Assembly (NCBI RefSeq): GCF_018350175.1
Contig: NC_058383.1
Location: forward strand, 2,914,001 to 2,978,000
Length of the DNA stretch: 64,000 nt
Source: Felis catus
Lineage: Eukaryota
Direction of reading: 5' to 3'
Below the pieces are notes generated by a model. It worked only from the letters and a program-made list of their open reading frames with translations, was not told where the DNA came from and did not search any database. Both the position numbers and the translations under genes were made by a program. Every line of letters begins with the position of its first letter. The stretch's first letter is position 1. Below are positions 24,990 to 36,960 of this stretch, piece by piece.

Positions 24990-26985
24990 TCCTTCTTCTG
25001 TTCATCTTTTGAATAGATGACTCAGCTTACACTTGGCAGAGAAACAGAAGTCATGAGATTAAAAACTCCCTCAATATTCTGCTTCCAAAAATGACTGAGT
25101 TATGTACATTTTCAGAATTTCCTCCTTTTGTTAAATATTTAAGGTCAATTACCTCCACTTGGATTTGCAATTGCATCCTGTTCTATCCTCCTAAGAAATG
25201 TGTACTATCAGTTGATCTTGTTTCCTTTCCTAAATATTCAAGCTGTTCCTCTTAACCAAAACAATTCTGTAAGCATTTAAACATATTCAAGACTCTTCTC
25301 TGTTAAAAAAAGAACCACGCCCTTTCTACATCTACCTAGCTATTGTCTTCTTTCTCTTGTCTTTCCATTTACAACACACTTGTGGAAAGAGTTGTCTGTA
25401 TTTGCTGCCTAGCTCAGATTTTTCTAAATTGGCTTCTCTTTCCATCATTGTATCACAATTGCCCTGGATAAGGTGATGAGTGCCCTTAGGGAAACCAAAC
25501 CTAAAGGAGGTTCTTGAGTTCACTTGTCACTGGACTGCTCAGTAGCTTGCTTCAGGAATGGTCTCTTAGTCTTTTTGAAACAGTTACAAGAAGCCTTCTC
25601 TCTTGGTTTTCTTCCTGAATGACTCCTGATTTCTCTCTCTGGGGAGCTGGGTACTGTTATGCCCAGAATTCATGATCCCCAAAGACCACCAGGGAGCCGA
25701 GTCCGATGCAAAAGCAAAGAGCCTTTATTCGAGCTAGCTCAGGCTCAATCCCCTACCTGCACCGACGCAGCGGTGAGATACAGGGGAGAGAGAGTGAGTT
25801 TCAAAAGCACAAAGGTTTTATTGGGGTCTAGGGGCAGTTGGTGAGGTAATGGCTGTGGCCTCAGCCGATTGGCTGGGGGAAGGGTCGGAGTCCTGTTATG
25901 CAGGTCGCAGGGTGTTTTGATCGGGAAGTTTGAACAGGTGAGCGGGAGGTTACTCAAGGGGAGGAAGCGTGGTCAAGGTGGAGGACACAGAACAAGATGG
26001 AGTTGGCTTGCTCAGGTCTGCCCTTTCACTACCAGGTGTTGAGTGTTGGAACTCCCCAAAGCCAGTCCCACTTCTCTGCCTCTCCTGCTCAGTATTCTTC
26101 CTGAGATTTGCATTTACGGACATGGTTTGCATTGCCCTCTGCATGTGTTATATACTAATGACTCCAAAATTTTTCTGAGCTCTCGTGCTCTCTATCCAAC
26201 CGTCACCTGGATAGTTTCACTTGGATATTTCCAGGGCACCTCAGACTCTTCTACCCAAACACTCCATAACTTCGGAGTCGTCTGTGATGCCTCATCCACA
26301 TTATTCCCACATTTCACTGTTTTCCTTCCCGATGTCTCTCTCACCTGACCTCTCTGTTTCTGCTGCTGTCACCCTAACCCAAGCTAACACTGTCTCTTTC
26401 TTGGACAACTCTAGTGGTTTTGTATGGGATCTGGTTTCATCCATTCTGGTCCCCTTCCTGTCTGTTTGCCACTCATTGCCAAGAGGATTTCTGAAACACA
26501 AATATAATATGCTATCCCACCTACTTATTTTTCACTGCCTTCCCATTGATGTTTGAATAAAGACCAAAATCCTTAAATGGGCTGCGTGGTCTGGATTTTT
26601 ACCTCCCTACTCTCTCTCTTCCTTTCTCTGACATGTGAGTGAGTGCCTTGCTCCCTCCTGCTTTGGGACTTTATGCTTGTTTCTTTTTCCTCCCTCATCG
26701 AACTTTGATCCTTCCGATGTTAGCACAGGTGGTGTTTCCTCAGGGAAGTTGTCCCTGATTTCCATGGAGATTGGGTGAGGACTTGTAGTCTTCCCTTGTC
26801 CTTCATAGCCCTTTACACATGTGTAACTTTATGTTTAATTATGTGAGGATTTGATTAATGTCTCTTTCCCCATGACAACAAGGACCATGTCCTTCCCCCT
26901 CTCCCCCCACCATTGTAGCCTTGGTGCTGCAAAATACTATTATATGGTTGGAACTGACATCCTTGAATGAGTGAATGAATGAGGA
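24990..26985 (+). mobile_element. L2 LINE remnant interrupted by an ERV solo LTR
   Basis: Pyrimidine-rich L2 motifs (atactaatgactccaaaattttt, cttggatatttccagggcacctcagactc, gaataaagaccaaaatcctta) and L2 tail tgaatgagtgaatgaatga at about 26964-26982. Confidence 0.75.
25655..26028 (-). mobile_element. Endogenous retrovirus solo LTR, class I / gammaretrovirus-like, 374 bp
   Basis: Minus strand begins TGAAAGGGCAGACC and ends …GGCATAACA (TG…CA). It carries CCAAT (plus gattgg, about 25868), a CAATAAAA TATA-equivalent (plus ttttattg, about 25816-25823) and AATAAA (plus tttatt, 25724-25729) in U3-R-U5 order. 4-bp TSD GTAC/CTAC with one mismatch. Confidence 0.9.
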
Positions 26986-26994
26986 AAGAATGAA

Positions 26995-27220
26995 TCAGTG
27001 ACATCAGTTAGATTGGAGTTTGAGTGCTGGCTCCTCCACTTAATTGTTATTTGACTTTGAGCAAACTTCTACAGAGTCAGGGTCTCTAAAAGCCTTTCTT
27101 CCTCATCTGTAATATGGGGATAATAAGTTTATAGAATATAAGAATATAAATGAAAATTGCATAGTTTAGTTCTAGCTCATGATAAGTGCCAATTAATCAT
27201 CAGACGATCATGGTATTATT
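26995..27220 (+). mobile_element. MIR SINE
   Basis: Core motifs gactttgagcaaact and ttcctcatctgtaatatggggataataa. Confidence 0.75.
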
Positions 27221-27442
27221 ACTACATGGTGTTAGTAAATTCTGGTTTTCTCAAGTAAGTGAGTTTTCTGTGCATGTTTAAACTACTTTAGCCCGAAGGA
27301 AAAAATGGTGGGCTTGGAAGCTCGTGAGCCCCCGTCTCCTCTTATCTGTCCTTTAATGCTGGTCTTTCCATACATTTGTCCACGTTGGTGTCTGATTTTA
27401 ACACATCTTTCCATAACAGGCTGTACAAGGAAGAACTAATTT

Positions 27443-27665
27443 TTTTTTTAATTTTTTTTTTCAATGTTTATTTTTTGGGGGACAGAGAGAGACAGAGCAT
27501 GAACGGGGGAGGGGCAGAGAGAGAGAGGGAGACACAGAATCGGAAACGGGCTCCAGGCTCTGAGCCATCAGCCCAGAGCCCGACGTGGGGCTCGAACTCA
27601 CGGACCGCGAGATCGTGACCTGGCTGAAGTCGGACGTTTAACCGACTGCGCCACCCAGGCACCCC
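27443..27665 (-). mobile_element. Young SINEC_Fc-type CAN-SINE
   Basis: Full body. Perfect 16-bp TSD AAGGAAGAACTAATTT at 27427-27442 and 27666-27681. Confidence 0.97.
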
Positions 27666-27945
27666 AAGGAAGAACTAATTTAATGGTGACTTTGGCACCT
27701 AAACTGGCTTTTTTGACACGTTCCAGGCACATGAACCGAATCTTTGTCCTTTAATCCCACTCTGGACACCTCTAAGCTCAGAGCCATTTCCCCTATCTTT
27801 GGGGCTTTAGAACCCAGAGGGCCAAGCAGATATAAAATGTTGTTACTTTTAATTTTTCCTTTGATGACAGTTTGAATCTAAAAACAATGAACTTCCTTTA
27901 GGATGTTTTTACTATGACTTAACCATTTAAAATATTTTATGTACA

Positions 27946-28144
27946 GGGGTGCCTGAGTGGCTCAGTTGGTTAAGTGTCTGACTTTGGCCCAGGTCATGAT
28001 CTCATAGCTTGTGAGTTTGAGCCCCGCGTCGGTTTCTGTGCTGACAGCTCAGAGCCTGGGGCCTGCTTCGGATTCTGTGTCTCCCTCTCTCTCTGTCCCT
28101 CCCCCACTCACACTGTCTTGATAAACTTTAAAAAAATTAAAAAA
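27946..28144 (+). mobile_element. CAN-SINE (SINEC_Fc-type)
   Basis: GGGGTGCCTGAGTGGCTCAG head and A-tail. TSD aaaatattttatgtac / aaaatactttatatac. Confidence 0.95.
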
Positions 28145-30675
28145 TAAAATACTTTATATACTTATTTATGAATACTCTGACACATCTTTCTCTGAAACAT
28201 GCACACATTGCGAGTATAGGAAGTGCTTTTTGGGGACTGAACTTTTGTTTTCTATTGTTAGCAAAACAATAAAGTTAAAATTTGGAGTCCCTTTTCATTC
28301 TCTCTCTCGCTCTCTCTCTCTCACTTACTTTCTGTCTCAATCTCTCTCTCCGTCTCTTGTTTTTTTTTTTTTTTTTTAAGAGAAGCTATGCTTTTAAAGC
28401 CAAATTTATAATATGAGGATAATACATATTTATTTGCTTAATACCTGATTCATAGGGTGTTTTTAACACGGTCTGTGCATGTATGTATATATTTATGCAC
28501 ACATATAAAGTACTTGGCTAAAGTACATTTCAGTTTTGTGACTTTTAGTTCAGTGTTGTTGTAGTGGATTTTTACAGAATATATCATGACTTGATATTCC
28601 ATTAGTCCTTATCTGGAGAAACATACACACTTAATTGATTTTTTTCCCCTTTAGTATTTGCTATCAAACTATAGTTTACACTGAGTATTAAAAAAGTCAT
28701 ATGCTCGATGTTGCTGAGGCTAACATTTTTGCTAACCACTGGTACACTAGAGAAGGACCCATGAAAGGGGGCGCATATTCTCTTACAGGAACCAAGAGTC
28801 AGCAATTGGGGCATGGTGCAGCTAATTCTACCAGTGAGGCTGCTGATGGAGCGCTTCCCAGGGCAAAATTGGAGTGATGTCTCCCCTCTGGTGACTGGAA
28901 CTCTGAGGATGAATCCCGCGGAGTGTCCTTTTTGATTTACGATATGGGCCTGCTTCGGGGGTGAAGTGCAGGCTCTCATGTCTAGTTCGTCGCTTAGGAC
29001 AGTCAGTGGCATTCTCTAGAGGTTGTCATGTTTCTTGCCAATATTTGTATAACACATGCAAATTCAACTATGAATAAAACTATTTACATCAAAAATGAAA
29101 ATGAGGAGAAATGGGTATATAAAACAAGGTGAATAACCTCAGCATAATTAGAGATTTCAGCAAGTGAAGACTAAAGTTGAGAAGAAGTATTTTTAGTAGA
29201 GATCCTCTCATGTCCCTGACCATCAGTTTTTCTTGTTATTTAATACCTACAAAGGCTTTCCTTACTTCTTTGAATGGCCTTACATCCCTGTAAGTGCTGA
29301 GTTTTGTATAATGTTGGACTGTTGCCGGGCTGAAGCCCACGACTGTAACACACTCTTCCTGATGAATTACTTTTGGAGGATGGGAAGGTCCTGTAAAGGA
29401 CGGTGCATCTATGTTCTCTTCTCTGCTTTTCTGACCATTTAGGAAGACTTGGAAGGTCTGGAAGGAGTTCTGGTGAGCCAGCCTAGAGCATTATGTTGCT
29501 AAAGAGCAAAATTACTAAAGGATTTTACAGCTTATGGGTAGAGCATTTCAGGGAATCAACATTGAGTTATTGGTCTAAAATCCTAACCAACTATAGGGTC
29601 ACAGAGGGGGAGTTTTTGTTAAGCACACCTGAGACATGTTCGCATGACCAAATCCTTTCTGAATAAAAGGTCCTGCCGGAGTTTTCCGTCACTCTGTTTT
29701 TCCGGACTGATAATAAAGCACAGACCATGATCCCTTTGAATGCTACTTCAGGAGGTGGTGATTTTTCATTCCTCGAATGGACAGCTCCAAGAAGATCAGG
29801 TTTTGTTAATGCGTCTGTCTTGGCTTCCACTCTTAGGATGGAACTGTTGGACACATTGGCAGCCGTGATTTGGCACATTGAAACTCATGGGAAACTTGCT
29901 AATGTTGCTTGATTCTTGGGATAGGAAGAATCTTAGTGTCTTTAGGCAGATTCTTAGCTTTTATATGCTAATTCTGGGAGCAGTGTTCTGCAGGGTATGG
30001 ATGCAGAAATTGGCCTTACAATGAGGCCCTGATGCTGCTTCCCCAACATTCATAGGAAGCACATCTAATTATTCTTTCTCTCTGATACTGGAGAAATGCT
30101 GGGTGCTTACTTGGGGAACATTTTTCTGTCACAGGCAGGATTCTTACCTAGTTTATGTCCTAACCTCAAGAATCTGGTTGGATTGTGTCTTCCCATTTGG
30201 GTTTTTTAGCTTGGGCTGTGAGCTCAGCCTTTCACTTTTTTGGGCAGATTTTCTCCTCTCCATCTACTCATCTCAGAATGAGTATATCTTTTTTGAGCCA
30301 TGTTCTGTATCCATAGTTCATATGAAATGGCTTGTCATTCTTGCTTATCACTTAAAATAATAACTGGCTCCTTCCTGTTGTAGCATTTGCTAATAATGGC
30401 AGAGCTTTCCAAAAGATTATGATAATCTGTCAAGAGGATTGCACAAAGTCTACCCCCACCTGCCTTCTTCAAAGCAGAGTTGAATTGAACAACATAAAGT
30501 GAATTTTCAAAGCTAAGGATTTTGACTAAAGTTTTACTGTGTTAAATTGATACCAAATGACTGGAGGCATTTAGTTTTTAAAATTGGAAATATGTATACA
30601 GCATCCATGGTAAACATCCAATTCTTTTTTATTAGTGTCTTTTTTCTACTGCTTTCGAATAATATGCTGTAAAAG

Positions 30676-30695
30676 TCTCTCTCTCTCTCTCTCTC

Positions 30696-30736
<41 letters not shown>

Positions 30737-30818
30737 GTGCATGCACACACACATATATACACATACATTTGCACACATGTATATACACCATATGTGTATA
30801 TATATACCATATATATAT
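30676..30818. repeat. Compound microsatellite (TC)10-(AC)~18 followed by CA/TA-rich sequence
   Basis: Read directly. Confidence 0.95.
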
Positions 30819-32972
30819 TGAAAAAATATACGTAGTTAGTAAATAAGACTTTAAGGAAAGACACCAAAATGTTGATAAATGTGGTTATACCTGGGTGGTA
30901 GAATTAGGATACTATTTACTTCTTTATACTTTGCTCTGTGTTTCTTAGGGAACGTGTTATTTTTATGATCAATAAAAATACTTTTTATCTGATGACATAT
31001 TTTTGTACTAAAAGAATGCTTTAAAAATTTGCCAATAATTAAAGACAGTAAAACTTGTATATTGACCAACATTTGAATTGGAGCTAAAAACCTCTTAGGT
31101 TTTTCACATCAAGGAAACTATTTCACTTCTATAATTAAGACCCCTACTGATGGGTGTTTAAGAATTGTCCACTGTACTTTGGATACATGTAAAAACTACA
31201 CCTGGTAAAATAACTATCTAATTGGGTTTTGGAAAACTGGGTAGATATTCTTTCATCTGAGTGAATTTGTTTGCTTTTAGCTGATTATCATAGTAAATTC
31301 TTTTAAATTTGGTATCTGTTAATAAAATACAACAGAAATCAGTCCCATCTTTGCGACTCTCAATATTCCTTAAGCACGTTTGTTGCAATTTATTAAGAAT
31401 TTGTCTTAAAACCAATTTCTTCATTAGTGATTTCTTTCTACATTTTTGAGCTTATTTTGAGATAGTTTTAAAGATAAAGTTAATTTTATGTTAAATATTT
31501 TAAATTGGATATTATTTAATTAAAACTTATTCTCCAAGTGAAAATTAATTTCTTTCCCACAGCATTAGACTTTATTTATTAGCTTATGCACTGGAACAGT
31601 GCTTGGAGAAATATGAGAATGCATCACGAATTTATCAGAGATCTTTTGTATAATTTTTAAGCTTTCTGAGTTTCTAATTGTTATACATAGGTGACCCAAT
31701 CATTACTGTTATCATATTTCCTTAATGAGGATTTAAGCAGTTCTTAACTTCAGACATTTATAATGTAAAACCTCTAAGAAATGAATAGATATCTCAGTAT
31801 TTCTGGAGGAAAAAAGTAGAGCATAGAGGAGTCATTAAAGTTGAGGAGAATTTCAGATTATATGCTCAACATTTCTCTATTCCTACCTCATGTGAGGTAC
31901 TACTCTTGGTGTCCAAGAGAAGCGTTGATATTTTTTTGTTTTTGTTTTTGTTTTTTTGTTTGTTACTACTACTGAAAAGCAGCTATCTTGTGCCCAATAC
32001 TGCGTTTTCTACAGGGGTATAAGTAGAAATTGGTTAATATCATTGTAGGGGCTGGCTAACTTTACACAATTTGGGCTTTTCTCTGGCTACGTGAAATTAT
32101 AAAATCCTTATTAACAATATGTTGTTAGGTGTAAAGATTGTCTTTTCTGATCATCTGGTAATATACATGCTGGTTTCAAATTTGGAATTTTGAATCAAGT
32201 GATTTAATCACATTGTTCAGTAGAATAGAACTGAAGGCATGTAGTAAGTAGCATTAGGTTATGTATATTTCAGTATTTGTGAGTATTTATGGAGAGCTTG
32301 TCTACTTACTTAAATGTGATTTAGTTTTTCCAGTCAGGACTTACTTCTAGTTTGGTTTTCCAAAGAAAATTTGTGTGTGTGTGAATGCCACACTTTTCCT
32401 TATCCGTTGACCTTTCTGAAGACTTTGTATTCTCCATTTGATGCCTAATTATTTAAGGATTCTCTGAGCAGTTTGCTTGAAGTCTGTTTTTCCCTCTTAG
32501 CCCTTGACAGCAAAACACATCTTCCTGAGTGAGGCCCCTTTGATCTTCAGAGAGCTTTATCTAAAGGGAGATTAAAAAGAAGTCTGTCAGGCATTTTCCC
32601 AAAGAAATTGAAAACGCTTCCTAAGATTTCAGATCAGGTGAAGCTTCTTCTCTGAATTAAGACATAGGAAAATAACTCAGTTTATCAGTGGTTAAATCAT
32701 AAGTTAAAGATATCAGAGATTTGCCTTACTTGGTATGAGGGAATGTTTGTTATTTCGGCACAGGTATAAATTTTATGCAGTAATATTGATGGCCAGAAGC
32801 AGCTTGTGTCCATGAACTTTACTGTTTTTAATACGACTAGTGTCTCTGGAGAAGAGAAGAACGAGGTTCTGTTAGTTCTTGGCGTTGTTGGGGCCTAGTG
32901 TCATGGGAAGAATTTTTAATTGGCCTTCTCTGTATCTAGAGTTGAAAGATTTCAAGCATACATATGCTGGCC

Positions 32973-33004
32973 TCTCTCTCGTGTGTGTGTGTGTGTGTGT
33001 GTGT
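32973..33004. repeat. (CT)4(GT)12 microsatellite
   Basis: Read directly. Confidence 0.9.
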
Positions 33005-36000
33005 ACACGTATGTACATGTGTAGTGTACCAATTTTGTGCCACTCTGGATTTGTACTATTTACCCAGATCAGACCTAACACGTGTAGGACCTGATATGCT
33101 GTGGGTCTCAGAGAGAGTCGATGTACTGTCCTTAAAACACTATATACAACTATTTAAAGATCTCTTGATCTCTTGAAGGGCCTCACTTTTAATGAAGAAA
33201 TATAAAATCTATACTCCAACTAAATTGAATTTCTGATTTACTATTAATTTTAATCTTTAAAAGAGAGCTAAGAACAGCCAATGAAAATAATTTATAACAT
33301 AAAACACGTCTGTAAGAAGTGCTTCGAGCCTCTCAGTCAGTCAGTGAGAAAACCTTGAGGAGAAAGAAAAAGCTGTATCTGGTTACAATGGAAGCTCTTT
33401 ATTGAATTTTGGGGTATGGAAGGAGAGGAAACAATAAGAAACTTTAACAAGGGGTTACAGTTTGATTTCTGAAATGAATGGTTGAAAGGACAGAGAAAAT
33501 AAGGAACTGACAGGAGAATCAAGCTATCCAAATTTTTTTTTTTCAGAAATTCCAGCCTTCTTATGAAATTTCCAGAAAATGGCTTAGCCTTATGTTTTCC
33601 CATTTTGAGCTGCTTGGAAGAGAATATCATATAAATGCAAATTTCCGCTATAATCATTTATTCGCCTTGTATTATGTGCTTAAAGAGTTGGAGAATCCAG
33701 AAGCTGTTTAATATACAAGTCATTGCCTATAAAATACTCCTTTATCACATAAATAATTTGCCGTATTTGACAAGCAGCTACCTCTCTCTCCTCCTCCTTA
33801 TTTTCGCCACTGAACAATCTCTGAGTTGACCAAGAAGACCCTGTCAACATCTGGCAATTATTATAGCTGCTTGAGGACTATGGGTATATGACTTGAGTTG
33901 CTATTAGTTGATAACATTTTGATGTCCTTCATTTCATTAATTAGTTTAGGAAAATGATTTGGATTTCAGATACAAGTGCTTGCTAATTACTTGAGTCACA
34001 AGAAGACTCAGAGAGGTCCAAGTGTCCTAATAATTCCTTTGAGTCTGGAAATTTTCTCATAATTGGTTTGGCAAGAAGAATGAGTGAGATTAGTTGCTAA
34101 TGAGGAGATAAATACATAATTTTAGCATGATGTAAAGCTGTGATTGTCAGTAAGTGGTATTAGGAATCGAGATTATTTTTATTAGACCTTGTTTCTTTCT
34201 GCAAAATCATTATCATCTCCTGATATTGTAAATTGGGTTATTTCACAACATTATTTTTAATACGTGTTAATCCTCACACTACAGGTACTGAAAACCTTGT
34301 TAATTAAGGAGTCATTAATAAAGTTAGCAATATGAGCAGTCAGTTTATATTCTTCAACTAATTCAGATGAAATCCAATTTTGCATATTTACCTTGTGTTT
34401 TCAAGTTGGCTGAAATACTTGAAGTCAAGAATAAGAAATGTCAGTTCACATAGGCAAACTCCGGTTGTGTTCAAGTGGACTGATAACGTTGTAGAGCAAG
34501 AAGAAATGCTGCTTGTCGTTGCCAAGAACAAAATAAGCTTTGTATGGTTTTGCTTTTGATAGTCTGTTTATAGTCCATTTGGCTTGGTGTTCCCAGTGCG
34601 TGTCCGGTGGTGCTCCTTTGAAGGCCACGCTGGGCCTCCCGTGGTTGGTAAACTTCAGGGCAGCGTGCACTTTCTCTGCATTTGATTTGTGGAAAAGGCT
34701 TAGTTTCCTCTCAAAAAATCGCCCTCTTCAAATGATTCATAACTGCAGCCACTATTACTTGACGCCTGAATTATGGTCCTGAGTCCTTTTTTTTTCACTT
34801 TTGTAACCTTCATACCCCTCTGTCCATAGTTTTGCTCATGCAAAAGAAGCCGTGTTGTTACAGTGTCTTTGGGTGCTTCCTCATCCTGTGTCTGTGGCTC
34901 CGGTTAGTGAATCCATAGTTCTCGCCATTACTTTCTGTTGGCAAAAAGGATCATGTTTTCCAGATGTCCTCAGAACTGCATCTCTTGTTGCAGGCGAGGG
35001 ATTGAAAGCCCGGTTTAGTTTCTACACGTTACACATTTTGCGCAAAGTTTATTTGAGCATCTAGCACATGCTGGGTGTGTTGCTAGACCCTGTTAAGGAA
35101 ATGAAAAACAATTTAGTGGTTTTCCTTTCTGGGGAGATTCACTATCTAGAGTGACAAGGCTAATAAGGTAGGAAACAATACAAGACAAAGATAATATGTA
35201 AGTATGTGTTAAAAAAAAACAAATATATTTGATTATTGTGATACTTCACAGAAAAATTGTAACTGATAACGACTAGTTCTGTACTTAGTTAAAAATGTTT
35301 ACTTCTCCATCACAGAACCTTGCAATAAATAAATAGGGTACTAGCGTTTCAATTTTAAAGAAAATGAAGTGCTATCTCACTAAAGTTTGTGGAGCATCAG
35401 ACTTTGAAAATTCAGAACTTTAGCCTAAATTAGTCAATCTCTATTTGAAATGGAAGAAACTGAGGCCAGCGACTTGCTTCAGTTACACAGCTAGCTAATG
35501 GTACTGCAGCCTTAGAGCACGGGGTGACCGCTCCCACGTTGCGGTGGCCAACAGTACTTAGGGAAGACACGCTTGTGAGTATGGACGATGGAAGAAAATG
35601 AAAGAAAGCCCGTTTCCGTACCCCCCCCCCCATCTCTATTTTCCTTTTTTCCTCTTGCTACTCTTCTTTTTCCATCAGCAGCAGCATCTTCAGTGTCATT
35701 GCCCCTGATACTTGCATGGCTTCTAATGGTTTAGAAAATATTTTCATGTATACCAGTTTACCTGAGCATCCCATCAACCTGGTGAGGTAGGTCAAGTTGA
35801 TGTTGATCTAAGATGAAAAAAACACACCTGCAAATCAGTGAAATGATTTGCTAAAGTAAGTGAAGCCAAACCTCAAACTCAAATTGCATACTCCATGCCT
35901 TCCACACCACTGCTCAGAAAGCTGACTCCACCCCAAATCCTCCCCCAAATGAGGAGAATCAATGAGAAAAACTTGGAGAAAATGAGTGAAATTGTGTTTA

Positions 36001-36349
36001 AATACTTATTGTGGTTATTTGGCTTGTACTGCTTAAAAGTGCTTTACAAACAAACTTCTTCGGCAATCCTTGTAGACTTATGTTGTATGCATTAGAGGTG
36101 GTTCCACAGCATAAACAAAAATCGAGCCTGGCTTGAAGAATAGCTTTGTGGAGTTTTAAAGCCCTGAGGGATCGCCCCTCTCTAGATGGGGCCCTTGCGT
36201 AGAGTGGGATGTTGGCAGTCCTAAATGACCTCCAAAAGAGCCTTTTGAATTCTTTTCTACACTTCCATATGCTTATTCATTTACTACATGTTCCCTACAG
36301 GTTCAGCTACTAATATGTCTTGAATTACTGCTTTAAAATTGTTTTTCTT

Positions 36350-36570
36350 GGGGCGCCTGGGTGGCTCAGTTGGTTAAGCATCTGACTTCAGCTCAGGTCA
36401 TGATCTTGCTGTTTGTGGGTTCGAACCCTGCATTGGGGTCTGTGCTGACCGCTCGGAGCCCAGAGCCTACTTCGGATTCTGTGTCTCCCTCTCTGTCTCT
36501 CTCCCGTTCACCTCTGTCTCTCTGTCTCAAAAGAAATAAACAGAAAAAAAAAAACCTATCTTAGTATTTA
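36350..36570 (+). mobile_element. CAN-SINE with extra non-A sequence inside its tail
   Basis: GGGGCGCCTGGGTGGCTCAG head and AATAAA. TSD aaaattgtttttctt (36335-36349) / aaaattatttttctt (36572-36586). Confidence 0.94.
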
Positions 36571-36799
36571 AAAAATTATTTTTCTTTCTGGTTACCTTTT
36601 TCTACTTCCACCTTCTTCCTAAACATAAAGCCCTAGTTCCCAAAATAAGGTGTTAATATATATGACCATGTTCAGGAAGTGTGGTAGAAATGAGGTGATC
36701 ATTTTAGACCATTGTATTGCCTTTATTTTGCTTGAGCTATTGTTCAGAGTTCATATAGGTTTCTAACTACCACAGCAGTGAAGGGTAGTGAAAGGAATA

Positions 36800-36960
36800 T
36801 GGCTTTCAGGTCAGAATAATTTGCATTAAAAGATGCCCTCCACCATTTGCTAGCTGTGTGACTTTAGGCAAATGCCTTGACATCTTTGGGCCTTGACATC
36901 TTTGGGCCTTTTTCACCTGTAAGATAAGGCAGATACCTGCTATATAGGGCTGTATGAGTG
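36800..36960 (+). mobile_element. MIR SINE containing a perfect 16-bp tandem duplication
   Basis: ccaccatttgctagctgtgtgactttaggcaaa…ttttcacctgtaagataagg. (GCCTTGACATCTTTGG)x2 at 36874-36905. Confidence 0.75.

Noticed and set aside
28291..28380. About 90-nt polypyrimidine/T tract ending in AAG, like a long AG-exclusion zone
   Set aside because: Simple-repeat origin, and no plausible exon with a donor site follows.
32488..34540. Short acceptor-like sites followed by brief open frames (32501, 33337, 34453)
   Set aside because: Frames end in stops without convincing donors and the peptides match nothing I recognise, so they cannot be supported as exons.
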